Counted from the first letter of the stretch, positions 36,277-50,216 are shown. The stretch is 64,000 nucleotides of DNA from Chrysomallon squamiferum (GCA_012295275.1 CM022674.1:9486001-9550000); one strand, 5' to 3'. Notes: a model not told the origin generated them from the letters alone. A program made the numbers and translations.

Positions 36277-39149
36277 GGTTTGGGTTGCAGAGGTTCATGA
36301 AATAGGGTATGATAATATTATAAAAAAGCCAAAAATAAAAGTACCCATTTGTCATAAAAAATAAACTAGTACTAGTTGGGGTTTTTGGTAACAAAAGGGG
36401 ATTATCCCCATGAAGTTTCAATTCTGTAACACTAAAAAAAAGAATGATTTTTGTTATGTTCACCTCACGTCCCTTTAAATAATGGATTTGAGGATTCTGT
36501 AATAGATGAACATACTGAATTGGTTTTGTTGATTTTCTGTAATAAGATATTTGTATATCAGTACATTCTAACATTTAAAATTGCTTAATTTGAACAAAAT
36601 TTAAAGAGTTTAATATGGTTTGCCTTTGTTAATATTGTCAGTTCAGTTTCACATCCATAGTTAAATAAGACTTTCGTAATTCATAATTATTTTTGTTCAT
36701 CAAGTGAAAACTTTAATTTAAAAAAATAAGGGTTTAATGGACTCCTTCATTTCTCCTGTCATAGTTTAGTTATATAGCAAGTGTCATAATCTATTTTTGC
36801 TGCAGTAAAGTCACCTGAAGCAGACAGATTTAAATTAATACACATTTTTGTCAGTTACGATTAAAGTGAAATATATTAACAAATAAATGTTCAAAAATTA
36901 TTTGTTATACTTTGTTATTTAAAGATCAAGTTCTTGAGCAAAATTCATTTTAATGCAAGTTGTCTAAAAGAACATTGCATTTGACAATGATCACACCTAG
37001 TTATAAGCCAGTGACTGTCTGGGTAACAGGTTGGATCAAACTTATAAATGGACACTGTCAAACAAACATACATTTTTCTGAAAACACCCTTAAAGTAAAA
37101 CCTTACATAATATATAAAAGGCTTTGTAATTGAAAATCAATTTTTAATTTAATAAAAAGAAATAACTAACAATTATATTTACTGCCCACATTTGCAAATA
37201 CATTCATTTATTTTATAGGGAAATAAAATGTGGCTTATAAAAATTATTTTTACAATGTTTTCTTACCTGCTCAATCAAAAAAAAAAAAAAAAAAAAAAAA
37301 GGTCTATGATCTACTCAATGACAAAATTGCATCACTGTATTTTGTAACTCTCTTTATATATATATATATATTTTTTTTTTTTGTAACAGTGGTTGAAAAA
37401 CCCCACAAATACAATGTTAACTTGGAAGTATGCAGAAAATGTTCAGGTTATAATTGCTAAAATGGGTATCATTACAGTTTTGGGATATGTCTGTTTTTAG
37501 AGTTAAGAAGGGGTCTTTTTGTGTTTTTTTCAATAAATTAAATATTGCTGAGTTAATGTCCACTAACCTCATGAAATACTATAGTATTTACAAATTAGTA
37601 ATGAATATTCGGATAACAAACAAAAATGGGTCATGCTTCCATTTGACTGGATGTAAAATTGGCAGGCTTAAATTCGGTCTTTGCTTTAGGGTATAACAAA
37701 TTGGCAGTACAGTTTTGGGATTCAAGAAATAACTATGAATATGCTTTTGATACACCTATAGAAAATATAATCTTAATAAATTGTTCTGTGATGTCATATG
37801 ATACTAAATTTTATTATCTTTTTATTTTTTGTTTCCTTTTGCCTAGTCTACTTTGCTACCAACTATGGCTAAGGGTATTTTTTATGCAGTCATTTTCTTC
37901 TGTATTTTACACTTAATTTTATTGTAGTCTCAAAAGTAAAAAGAAAACAAAAGCATGTTTGTTTGTTGTTTTTGTTTTCTTTATATACTACATTATTAGT
38001 GAGCACATCATTATTTAAATGTTTCCTCCGAATGTAACTTTTTTTTTTTTTTAATTTAAATTTTTGGAAACTATGTATTAAGATTTTCAAGTGAGACCAT
38101 AGTTATTTATTAATGCAAGGGTTTTAACTGTGTTTCTATTTTTAACTGACAGTTTATTGTTCAACTATTCAAACTGAGTGAAAAACTGAAAGAAGCTCTC
38201 ATAATGTTTGAGATTAATAACAAGCTATATCTCTCTTTCTGAGAATGTTATAATTGGTTTCTCTTATTTTTAATAGAAGTCTAGTTTCTTAGTTTTGTTT
38301 CTTTTTTTAAATCGGAGATAAAAGAATTGTATGATGATAATAAAAATATTCCATTGTTTTTGTTTTGCACTAAAATAATTTGATGTTTTGATGGAGGAAG
38401 TTGCATGGGAGGGGAATCCCAATTTTTGCGATTTTATAATTTATATTTGCTCTTCTGCTAAACTATTTTGTTAATGGATGTTGGCTTCCCAGACACAGTT
38501 AACCAAGATTTAAGAATAGTGACCAATCAAATAAATCAATATGCCTTATTTCAGTCTCCATTTTTCTCTTTTCTTTTTTTTTCTTGTAACGCTGCTACTC
38601 TAGAAACAATAACTTTTAAGGTTCAAGACATATGTAAAGTGTTAACAACAGATTTCACCGATACTGAACAGTTTCTCTTATCTGTAGACTTTTTTAACAC
38701 CAACAAATGCTGCAAACAGCTTTCATTGACATAAGATGTACCGTAACACAAAATGTTATCACTGCAGTATATTTCATTGTTTTGTTTTTTTTGATGCCTA
38801 GAACTTCCAGTCCATCAGTCTTGCAGAGCATTGCTGATCTAAGATTACTACTTCTACTTTATCTATTTAAAAGAAAATATTTGATTAAAATGAAAATGGT
38901 CAAAATCAGTTTCTTTCTGTCAAGACTGACTGTTGTCACACCCAGAAATCACCAATTTAAACTTATTTGGAAAATTATTATGGAAGTGCATGACCCTCCC
39001 CCAAATAGTGATCTCACAATAATCAGCACACATTTTTATGCTTTTGTTTTGATAGAAAATGTTCAGATTTTTAACATTTATTATTATTTATTCTTAAAGG
39101 CAACCATGTGTATGTGTGTTTAGCTTTACTATTTCTCTCTCTCTTGCTT

Positions 39150-39229
<80 letters not shown>

Positions 39230-40355
39230 CATGCACACATCTGAAACTGTAGGAAGTGAATGATATGTATATCCAAGCACTTAGATTTATTTTACTGATG
39301 ACAATTTGAGGCATGCTAATAACCACTGGTGCCTTTACCACCATTTTGTTTCATATTTTTTTCTAAATTTGTTTTTTCTCTTACTTCTTTCTTTACATCT
39401 TAATTTATTCTATTAAGTAGCAAACACATTTATTTATGTAGGCGTTTGGTTATAATTATAGTACAGGTGCTTTTATATAAAATTTAAAAAAACAATTTAA
39501 GTTATACAGCCTTTGCCATTTTATTTAAATGAGTAGTGTTGTAGAAAGCAGTTGTACAAAATTATTTATAAAAGCTAGATGCTTTTTACTGCTACGGAAT
39601 GGTTGTCACACTTGAAATTCAGAATTTTGAAAAGAGAAATTGTCACAATAATTATGGCAATCTTTTACCCTTACAAGAGTTAATGAGATTTTTCAGCAAT
39701 TTTGTTCTAAAGATAGTTTTCAAACACGTTGGTAAATATACCTTTAATAATGTTAAAACATCTAAATTGTTTTATCCAGTTACATGTGTCTATATAGAAA
39801 TACCAAAGAAAATAATCAAAGACCCAATGATATTTTAAAACAACAACACTTTAATGGATTTTTATTATTGTATTGAGTAGATGGGGAGGGATGTGGAGGA
39901 AATACAGAGGAACATGTAACATTGACTTTTAAGTAATTTTAAAATTGGACTATCTCTCTAGCATGCGTGAGAAATTTTTTTTGCAGTAGCATGTAACATG
40001 CATGTTTTAATATAGAATAAAAATAGTTTTGCATGATAAGGTGATAGAATTAAAAATGTTGTACATCTCTTAAGATTAATATATTATATAATATAACAAA
40101 TTTTAGGCTAATTAATATATTCTAACCTGATTTATTACACTCATGATACATCATGATGAATATTGATAAATGAAATTTTGAAAAATACAAAGTTTGCATT
40201 GCCTGAAGCACTTCTATTTCATAATAATCAAGATTTTAATGATAATGAAATAAATATTGTGATTGTGTTTTTCAGTGTGGGTTGTAACATCACAGGGAAG
40301 TGGTTCTTCTGCACCTGCTCCTGCTCCTACTACAAATGAACCAGCTAATCCTTGA
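23748..40355 (+). CDS. VAMP: Synaptobrevin / VAMP1-2-3 family R-SNARE, alternatively spliced (118 aa with the short tail, 138 aa with the long tail)
   Basis: Exons 23748-23749 (AT of a split ATG), 27180-27224, 29756-29834, 30160-30238, 30475-30554, TM exon 30891-30942 or 32519-32570, last exon 35252-35271 or 40276-40355. Protein [95 protein letters not shown] + TM. The zero-layer Arg (ERD) and the Q-F bond cut by tetanus toxin/BoNT-B are conserved. Confidence 0.95.
26124..26153 (+). CDS. VAMP: Candidate 30-nt cassette exon of VAMP ([12 protein letters not shown]-terminus)
   Basis: tttttgtttcaaag|G TCA GAA GAC ATT CCT AAA GTT ATC ATC AG|gtattt; phase 2/2; first base completes the split ATG. 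Confidence 0.5.
30891..30942 (+). CDS. VAMP: VAMP transmembrane exon 6a ([17 protein letters not shown])
   Basis: tttgcag| 52 nt |gtgagt, phase 0 to phase 1. Confidence 0.9.
31094..32293. mobile_element. 1.2-kb non-autonomous DNA transposon with TTAA TSD (Kolobok-like)
   Basis: ttaa-GGCACTGTGTGGCAGTAGA ... TCTACTGCTGCACAATGCC-ttaa; purine-purine termini with a TTAA target are typical of Kolobok. Confidence 0.75.
32519..32570 (+). CDS. VAMP: VAMP transmembrane exon 6b ([17 protein letters not shown])
   Basis: Long pyrimidine tract, tcttgcag| 52 nt |gtaagt; same length and phases as 6a. Confidence 0.88.
35252..35271 (+). CDS. VAMP: VAMP alternative last exon 7a (VWVTTS-stop)
   Basis: Poly-T tract, ccaaacag|TA TGG GTA ACA ACA TCA TAA; a phase 1 join gives the conserved V-W end of the TM helix. 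Confidence 0.8.
36181..36276. repeat. (TC)n(TA)n microsatellite
   Basis: Visible run; source of the ER-repeat ORF 36077..36574. Confidence 0.95.
39151..39228. repeat. (CA)n microsatellite
   Basis: Visible run. Confidence 0.95.
40276..40355 (+). CDS. VAMP: VAMP alternative last exon 7b ([26 protein letters not shown]-stop)
   Basis: tgtttttcag|TG TGG GTT GTA ACA TCA ... CCT TGA; GC-richer than its surroundings; phase 1. Confidence 0.88.
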
Positions 40356-43300
40356 GGATAATTAATCTGCGAGTTTGGCTCGTACATTACATGCATACCT
40401 ATCTGTATTTTTATGTGTGTGTGTATGTACGTGTACACACAAACAGATCACACATAACATACAGACAGACACACACACACACACACATATAGACATCATT
40501 ATCTGACATGGTGGTTATATCATTTAGGGAGAATCATTCCAAAATTGTAGTCAGTTTAATGTCTAGAAGGTTTGAATTTTGAAAAAAAAGAAAAAAAAAA
40601 GTGAATTTTGTTTTCAATATTTCTTTAATAATATTATCATTTGTTTTACTACAGAACTATTTCATTACATGTATAAATGCTATTTACATTTCAGTGATAT
40701 TATCGGTGTTTATTCTGCTATCTGAAAACTTGCAATAAATTAATCTTTATATTAATCAATATACAGAAAACAGTTTGTCAGTTACCACATACAATAGCTT
40801 TAAAAAGGTTAAAAATCATCATGTTAATCTTAACAATGTTGAATTCTTTCAAATTGTAAACATTTATTTTATTTTACTTGTAAATTTGTAAAGGAACAAA
40901 CTGAAATTTGTTCAGTTTACTAAGAGGAGTAAAATATATTAACTTAGTAATTGTACTTTTTAAGTTGTTATGATTGTATTAAATTGTTTTTAATATACAG
41001 CAATTAACATTAGAGGGGTGAAAATTGAAAATAGTATTCAAAGACTAACCACATTCAGCTGGGGGGGGGTTAATTGCTGTGTAATACAGATTCAAAAAAC
41101 AAACAGAAAGTTAATTATACAATTTCTTCTATAGAAACTGTATATTAAACAAAATGCTGTGTTAATTTAAACTTGGTAGCTGCAAATTGCCTTTTAATTT
41201 TTAAGTTCTGTTTTTCTTTTCTTTTTTTCACCACAAACTAATCAGAATTAATTAATGTTAGATGTTTATTTCAAAATATTTAGTGTAATCTATAATTACT
41301 TTTAAATAAATCTGTAATTGAAAATAACAGTTTAGATCAATAAAGTCCTCATATTTTTCAAAAACAAGAAGTATAACTTGTGTAGGTCAGTCTGATTTTG
41401 AATTATTTAATTACTTGTATCTATACAGTTTCTTTTGGGGTTTTTTCCATGCTGTTAATTGATTTCCTTTCTACACAATTCATTTGATATTTAATATTTG
41501 TGTACTTTGTTCACTTGTATTCAACTGGTAGAAAGAATTCACTCTTTCAGATTGATATTTATTATTATATATGATTCATATTTCATTTATCAGACTGCAG
41601 ATAGTATGTTATAAAATATAAAATACTATATATGAAATAAATTTCTTTAGATTTTATTTCTTATATTTACATGAATGATTTTAACTACAGAAAATGTGTG
41701 ATTTGGTTTATTCAGGTTAAGCATGTTCTTACCAATAAAAGTTTGTTTTTTCTTGGCACAATTAAGATGAAAGTGAATTGTTATAAACATTCACTCATAA
41801 CCTTTATAATTTATACATTTATTATTTATATATTAGCTCATGCCAATATTGGTTCCATTTCATTTTTACATTTGATATGGCATGAAAAAACAACAATATA
41901 AATTAAAGACAACAGTATAAATTAAACATGACTTTAATCACTTTGCAGTCCTATCATAAAGATTTCTTTTAAGTAAACTGTTTGAGGGTGTTGCTTCTTT
42001 TTCGTTTTCAGTTAAGTTAATGGTAAATAAGCCTAACACAAATTATTTTTCATTACCATTCTTAATTTTTAATCATTGTATTGCCACATGTGTATATAGT
42101 GGAATTGATAGTTACATTGTAGATTTGTTAAACATTTTATGAATTACAAACATTTGTTGTTTTTGTATTCTGTACATTAAAATCAACTGTATGAATAAAT
42201 GAATATATCTAAAATTTGTGTGTTATTGTGTACATCGATCAATAATAATAATAAATACATTTGTATAAAAACTAATTTTTATTTATGATGTTACATATTT
42301 GTTTTTCTCTCTAACATAAAGTATTACCTTAAGGCAATTAAATTACATTTAATTACTATCTTTTAATTATGATTGGTAATAAGCCAGCTTCCAACATGTT
42401 TCATATTTATTTATTGTGTAAAATTAATCCAGGTTTGTTTAAGAATTTATACAACTGTGCATTTGAAACTTCTGTATAAATCTATTCTTTATTTTAAAAA
42501 AAATTTTCTTTGTAACATTTAGAGGTAAACAGGTGTTTACAAAATATTTTGTAAAATGAATAAAATATGGTCACAATTAAAGCAGCATGATTGTTTAGAA
42601 AGTTTATCTTGGTAATTTTAGAAGAATGGTTTCTAATCTGTTTATTTATTCATTTTTATTTTTGATCCTGACACTAATCGCAAAGAAAAGATATCTTGTC
42701 ATAGTTTCGTTAAGTGAATGAAGATTAAATTCATATGTTTCTGGTATCTACAGATAATTTATTTGTATAAGATCAAAACAAATCATGAGATTTAAATACA
42801 GAATTAGTGGCAGACAGCAGTTGTTATAATTATTTTGAGAATTGAAATAATGAAGAAACATTTTTTGTATTAGTCTGCTTGTTGTAAACACTTTGTATTA
42901 AATTAGATCACTGAACTTCAAAGCTCTGTGCAATATGTATCTGGTAAATCTGATGGAAATGTTAATTTAAGAAGAATAACTGTTGTGGTACACTATGTTC
43001 TGTAGATTCTATTAAACAGGATAGTGCATGTTTGTCTTTTTGTCCACTTGTTACTAGTTGAAGATATTTGTCAGTAGCACATGGTAAATTTTGTCATATT
43101 AGATAATAAATCCTTCCATGTAACTTAATGTTGTTTTGTTTTTATTCACTAACGTGTTAAACAAATCTTTATTAGCATTTGTAATAGCATTTGTGAATTA
43201 AGAAAAACCAAATCATTTCTTCAGCTAATTTACAGTCGTGAATACATTAAGAACCTGAGGATCATTGAAATAAGTAAACCATGATGGCAACAGAATATTG

Positions 43301-44232
43301 CCAGTTGTACAAGATTGTTGTTATAGATAAGGTTATTGAAACTGATTAGTTCTCTGTATTTGTTGTAAGGAGCTACCATATTTTTCAAAATAAGTTTCTT
43401 GCATGGTCTCATTTTTCCCATAGACAAGTACAGATTTGTCATTACTGACAGCTAGGAATCAACATTTTACAAATTAAAGCAGTCATTGGACAATAAGAAC
43501 CATACATCTGGAATAATTTTAAGTACTAAATAATTTTTATTAATCGGGTGCACATCTGACATTTTATTTCGTATTTTATAATTTTGCTTTAATCTGAAAT
43601 TGATGGGATGATAACAATGTGTTCTAATAAATCATATTCAGAATGCCCCATATGAAAACACTAATTTAGAAGAACAAAGATGAGAAGGAAGACATGATAA
43701 TGAAATAAGAAGTTAATTACATAATCACATTAAGTTCATTAAATGTTTTATATTTTTTTATGGTTATGAGAAAAGCTTGGAACTTTTGTACGTGTCACAG
43801 GCATAGTAATTTTAGAGTTATTATAGTAAGGTTTGGAAATAAATAATCATATCTTACATATAAACAAAATAATAATTAGCTGCTTATAAATGGAAATAAA
43901 AATAAAACCCCATAAAATATACAACCAGCACATCAATATACATACTTTGATAACATTGCACAGTAAAGCATCAAAAGAAAACCTATTTGTAAACCATGAT
44001 TTTCTTCCCAAAAACACCAGGAAGTATCAACATTTCATTAAGAAAAATAAAATATAAGCATACAAATTTAAATCTCATTTTCTTGACACTTTTAACACAT
44101 TTATACAAGTTATAGATTAAAACAACAGCTCCTACTATTGGAAAAACATAAAATACAATAAAAAAAGGTTATAGCTAGATTTCTGAATATGTTCTTAAAC
44201 ACTGGAAAAGTTAAATTTTAAAACAGAGTTTG

Positions 44233-45270
44233 TCATGGAACTGAGCTGTCATTTCTGAAACAACAAAGAGAAGGAAGATTGCTCCAGTTATAATTATATG
44301 AATTACGAACTTTGTATTCTTGATAACAAAGTTTCCCTGTAGTTTTGATATTTTCATATAGGTGTTTCATCTGTCTGATGGACTGTTTATGTGTCACTAG
44401 ATATGCATTGTTACATCCTCGAGATTTGAATTCTGTATCAAAGCGTGGATCATGAATTCGCTTTATATCAAGTGGAGCAAGCCAGCTACCAACTGAAACA
44501 TCTTCATTCAGAAATGTTTTTAAATAATTAGCATTACTCGTAACAAAATTAACCAAATCACTGGAAAGTATATACCCACCCCCTAAAGCATATGGAAGAT
44601 AACGATCACAAGCAAACCAATCTTTCTCTGCCCATTTTCCCAGTCTTTTTATGTGAGCACGACCATCAAAAAACCCCCAGTATAAACGATTTTTAGGCTT
44701 AAACTTTAAAATGTCTACTATTTGATCTAAACGTGCATAACTGTCATCATCCACTTTGAGAACATATTGAAAATCAACATTTTTATCAAGCCATTTGAAA
44801 GCTTGCAGAAGTTTATTTGTTAAAGTTGTGTATAATTCTTTATGCTTTGGTAACAGTAATAAATCTTTATAACTAAACTGCTCTCTGTCTAATTCTTTCT
44901 TAAAACTTTCTTCAAGTGATGCTGTTCCAATAACAAATCTAACAAAAACTCCAGCTGGCTTATTTTGTAGCCATGTTTTTCGAATGGTGTCTCTCTCAGC
45001 TCTGTTATGAGGATCAGTAACTATCAGAACAAATAAATAAGCAGATAAATTTTTTGATGGAGATAGTAAATGTTTGTTCCACAAAAGTTTGTTTTTGTCA
45101 TATGCAACATTTTCTTTCACAGTACCTGCTGATACTTCATCACAGGTCATTGTGCACACTGTCATATATATCAAGGCAACAAAAGTCAACAAAATTCCAC
45201 CAATCAAAATACTTGTAGCATATCTTTTAAGTTTCCTTTCAACTGTAACGAGAGCTCTGTTGAAATACAT
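44233..45270 (-). CDS. B3GALT6: Beta-1,3-galactosyltransferase 6 (GT31; GAG linker galactosyltransferase II), intronless CDS, 345 aa
   Basis: Type II N-terminal TM, RDTIRKTW, LKVDDDSY (DxD), LYWGFFDGR, CDRYLPYALGGGYILS, EDVSVGSW, HDPRFDTEFKSRGCNNAYLVTHKQ. A 5' UTR acceptor lies at about 45328. Confidence 0.95.
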   Translation of the reverse strand: MYFNRALVTVERKLKRYATSILIGGILLTFVALIYMTVCTMTCDEVSAGTVKENVAYDKNKLLWNKHLLSPSKNLSAYLFVLIVTDPHNRAERDTIRKTWLQNKPAGVFVRFVIGTASLEESFKKELDREQFSYKDLLLLPKHKELYTTLTNKLLQAFKWLDKNVDFQYVLKVDDDSYARLDQIVDILKFKPKNRLYWGFFDGRAHIKRLGKWAEKDWFACDRYLPYALGGGYILSSDLVNFVTSNANYLKTFLNEDVSVGSWLAPLDIKRIHDPRFDTEFKSRGCNNAYLVTHKQSIRQMKHLYENIKTTGKLCYQEYKVRNSYNYNWSNLPSLCCFRNDSSVP

Positions 45271-45829
45271 GTTTTATGGATTTGCATTAGTCAGACCATT
45301 TTCTTCACAGATTCTGCTTGCAAATTTCTGAAAAAGAAAAAGATTTCAGAATTTTTGACAGCCCTATGTTAAAAAGAATTAAAATTTACTTTTCTTTTAC
45401 ATTGTAAATGTTAAAAAGCAATTCCAATCTACATTTTGAATGTATGTACAACCCCCAAAAACCTAGATAATAAGGGAGGAGCAATAGGCTTCATTATATT
45501 TGAAACATAAAATATTTATTTTAGTATAATCCATTTGTAAACTGGCTGGTAACAAGCAATAATGAAGATTTCTTTAGAAACTAGTATTTAGGTTTTAATA
45601 AATAAAAATGTGCTTAAATCAGGGTACAAAATCTTGTGGTATAGTTCATAACCAGATTTTGTTAGTCATTTCAGAGGTCAGTAGTGTTGATACAGGTAAA
45701 TCTGTACAGCTGGCTCAATACCATTAAATTCAAAAGAAATCTTATCTTTATATATATATATATTCAACTTTTTTGTAGTACAAACAGGTATGAGTACTAA
45801 GGATGTACAGTAGTTCCAGTATATAGCTT

Positions 45830-46010
45830 ATGTTCTGACTGCAGCTTGGCAAACATGTGCTCTTTCATCAGGATTTTCCATAATAGTTGCCGATAACTGT
45901 GGCTGCAGCCATTGTATTTCTGTACTGTCCTTCAGTTGCTGAACTTTCTGGAGTGTTGAAGTACATATATATTCTTTCAGGTAAACCCCAAAGAAACTAA
46001 TCTGAGTAGC
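45830..46010 (-). mobile_element. Tc1/mariner transposase C-terminal remnant
   Basis: Minus strand reads gattagtttctttggggtttacctgaaagaa, a decayed DFFLWGYLKE motif, followed by ..QQLKD..IMEN..RAHVC. Confidence 0.55.
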
Positions 46011-47530
46011 AGCAATTATGTTTTTTGGGTGAGCATAACTGATCTATTACATTTGAAATAAAAATTCATGATTATTGTTCCTTTTTCACTGAAGATATTT
46101 TCCTTGAAAAATTTCCAAATTTCAAAAAAAATCCCAAAATGTAAAGTGAATAATTTTTTTTAATTAATATTTTTATTTTTTAAAAACTAAACTTGATTAT
46201 TTTTTTTATCCAACAGGGACTTAGGGACAACTTATAATAATAATAATTCAAAACTGGACTATCATCATGTTTGTTCAGGAGTTTATTAGTATCAGAATTA
46301 TGTTATTTCCTTCGTTCACCAATAGCTATGTTATTTGAGTTTGATTTTTTTTTTTTTTTAATATTTTCCAAACAACAAGTAACAGTACATATTTAGCTTC
46401 ATCTTTGTATTCATTTCTTCACATGATCTCTCATAAACAATGGAGAATCAACAGACAAATTTACTGTTTCAAAATGATTGTCATGTGACTAAGATAAGCT
46501 TATTTGGGACTTTAAATCATATACAAATTGCTGACTATGTCTTTCTCTCTAGGTACTTAATTCTGGAAGCGTGGTGTTCTCAGCAAACAATGAAGCCTGA
46601 TGTTGCTGCTGATGTCTGAGAAGTTCATTCTTTCATTTATTTCATTGAGTCACCAAGTAATTATGTGGCATAATATTCCTGTTTAGAGAGTTTTAGATAA
46701 TATTAAACTTTCTAATAATAATGTTGATTATAAAGAAAGTTTGTAGTAAGTTAGCTTTTAATGAACTTTTTTGAGGTATACTAAATTAAGGTGTAAGGTA
46801 AATTAGTGCAATTAATTAATTAAATTTATCGGTGTTGCTCTTAAAACCGTGCTTAAACATACTACATACTTATGAAACTCATCAAAAGCGTATGAAGGAT
46901 AATGAAGAAAAAATACCAGTTAATTTCATTCTGATACAAACTCGTTACGCCTTAAGTTCTTTCTTAACAATGCTACCTAAGAGATCTTGTCATTTTAATC
47001 TGCTTTTCCTTTTTATTGCTTTCTTGCTTTCTTATGATATACAATTTAAACAACAATATTTTTTTAAACTGTCACATACATAGCACTCGATACAATGCCA
47101 TTTTAGAATGTTACTGATGTCACATTGTCAGTTAAAGAGAAAATATGCTTTATTATTTTATAATAATGATTTACCTGATGAAACACGTTTTCTAAGGTAT
47201 GATCAAATTCTGAAGCAGCATTTTTTTTTTTTTTTTTTTTTTTTTTATATATATATATCTATAATTATAGTATTACTATCTAATATCATATTAACGGACA
47301 AACTCCCCAACAAAGCTACAAAAATAGACAATTCCAGATTTAACATCCATTACTGTATGTTTGTTCGTATCAATAAGAAAGCGCGCACCAACAGTTACCG
47401 TAAAGAACTACGAATTTTCTATCATTTTTCGTATATTTCGTTCTGTCAACAAAAAAAACAAAAGTGTGGAAAAGATCCTACCTTTTTTCTTTATTCATTT
47501 CGTTTTTAAGAAAGCGTTGTTTGAAAGGTA

Positions 47531-47612
<82 letters not shown>
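47531..47612. repeat. (TAA)n microsatellite
   Basis: Visible run. Confidence 0.95.
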
Positions 47613-47617
<5 letters not shown>

Positions 47618-48053
47618 AATAAATTAATTAATTAAAAAGAAGCTGTGAATTAACTGAAATAAAGTAGTTTCTATAGTATGGAAGTAAGGTCGGATTACTA
47701 GCTCTACTAGATTGATACGACTCCATCTCTTTTATAAAAAATACTAAACTACAAAAGAACAAAGAACAAGAACAAGAAGAACAAACATAAAATGTATGCA
47801 ACATCTCCAAGGCTGACATTCCTGTTAATTAAATAATCGAACTTGTGAATCTTTTTTTAACTATATACAATCGGTAAATAAATATATATTTTATGACAGA
47901 TTTAATATTCAAATTTGAACTGTTCTCCAAATTTGGTAAATTAATATATAAATAAAAAGGTATGGAGATATTCGTTATTTATTGCATTCGATAAATTTGT
48001 TTGCGGCACTTTATGTGAAACAAAACAAAAACACCCATATTAATATTATTTTT

Positions 48054-48099
<46 letters not shown>

Positions 48100-48119
48100 T
48101 GTTTACAATTGTTTGTTAC

Positions 48120-48225
48120 ATTTGTTCGAAATTACTGGTGAAGGCATCATTGTAGAAGGAAATCTGATACAAACGGAAGTTAAATACTTAGTACGCCGAA
48201 CTCGGGGACCGCCATCTTTGTAAGT
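48120..48225 (+). promoter_or_regulatory. Probable promoter and non-coding first exon of the GIMAP gene, divergent from B3GALT6
   Basis: ETS-like acggaagt 48173-48180, YY1-like cgccatctt 48210-48218, donor ttt|gtaagt at 48220; CpG-rich. Confidence 0.55.
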
Positions 48226-50216
48226 AATGAGTAAAACGAGGTGTTTGTTTGTTTTGATTTCTCTATTTTTTGGTGCACTATCATTTGCTGCAATTTTGGA
48301 ATTTAGGTCTACCCCTTTGTTTGAAGTGCTTTTACCCAATATATTTCTGTGATTATTTTCTTTTGCTCAGTTGGTACACTAGTTGAAGTAGTTCTGAGTT
48401 TAGAATTTAAAAAGGTCATATAAATCAAACTTCCACTGACCACTGTCAATTGTCATTGTCAACTTTGACACTGGCAGTCATATGCTTGCATGACCAGTGT
48501 TGGCGATAACGGTTCCTTGTATTACAATTGTATTATAATAAATAAGACTAAGCCAGAGCACGTTGACACTTGAAGATAAAGCGATATTTTAGAGCCATTC
48601 ATTTAAATTATCACAATTGACACAGGCGAAAACACACGTATTGCACACTACATCATTAAAAAGTTTTATCCATTAACTTTAAGTAAGCTATAGGAACATT
48701 TCTGAAAGTATATAATTCACATACTTAAAATATTATTATAGTCAGCCAGGACAACAAGTTAGCATAACTCCAATTTAGTTTTATAAATATTTGCAGTGAC
48801 TAGACTTAGACTAGTGTGTATCCATAGGTTGTAGGAAAAAATGCTACATTTGTATGTGTGCGTGTATATATATGTAATGTTAAACTCTGATATAATACTG
48901 TACTTTGTTAAGCAAAACCAAGTGGCTGAGTGATGCTGTATATTAATATACATACATGTATCTAACAATATTGCATGAATAAACTGTATTTTAAAAGGTT
49001 TTTTTTGTCCATTGGAGTGTTATGCTCACATGAGCAGCCATGGAAATGTATCTGACAGATCAGGTTTAAATGAAAAGTACATAAGCTGTTTCATTTATAA
49101 AATATAATGAAAATATTTATAAACTATATAAAAAATCCAGTTATTTTTTAAAAATATATATCATTACTGCTCTTTAAAATTAAGTTGCAGTGAACTGTAT
49201 TCCTTGTGCCTGATGTCTTATAATTAATGCATTTTAAGATATTTTATGTTTCCAGTTAATAATTTTAAATATTATTTGTAAATACTACTTTTATGAAGTT
49301 AGGAAATAATTCTGTAAATTTTTTAATTAAAACACTTTCTTTTTAATTTTCAAAATTCTTAAATAACTTGGCATCAAGATAATGTGGTTCATTAGATTTA
49401 TTTCCCCTTGGAATGCTGAGCTACTTTTGATTCCAGCCAGTGTTACCAAACGAGCTGAAACATAAATAGTCATTAAAATCTAAAAAAAAAAATAATAATA
49501 AAAAATTCCCTTTAAGGATTTTGATTTTAAATTGTACTTTCTGAGTATATTGTTGAAGAGAATGTTGTACTTAACAAATATAAGAATAAGTAGCGTGCCA
49601 AACAGAAAAAGTTCTACTGTCAAAATCTACACCATTTCTATGTTTATTACTAAGATATTCACATGATGTGAAATGGCATGGTCTTTTTTAAATTGTTTTG
49701 ACAAATGATTATACATACAGAACAGTTCAAGAACAGGAACCCTGATCACAAAAATGTAATAGAACTTAATGATGTTCAGAGATAGGACTGTAAAACCAAA
49801 ACAGAATTGTTCATAATATTAGAACATGATGAGTGTTATCAATTAACTGTCAAATATGAATTCAACAGTAAGCCTCTAATCATAATCAGTTTTGAAATGG
49901 CATACACACAAACATACCAGAACAAATGGCAACCAATATTTAAGGAAAAAGAATTAAGGATTCCTATGTAAATAGTGCTTTATCTGCATCATAAAGATTG
50001 ATAAAAGTTGCAATTCTGTTTGGTTCTGATACTACCTGATCCTAATTTCAAATTACAACAATAAGATCTGTTGTTCATGTTGATTAACGGTTGCTTACAT
50101 TTGCATGGTCACTTTTTATTTTTCTGAAATATGTCCAATTTGACTTTATGCAAAGGAACCCATCTAAACTGATAATTTGTTTTTATTTTACAGATGATAG
50201 AGTATGTGGTTTGAAA

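Noticed and set aside
37390-37460. Possible further VAMP last exon ([10 protein letters not shown]..) after a poly-T tract
   Set aside because: No V-W homology to the other terminal exons; the acceptor derives from a simple repeat; likely UTR or intron.
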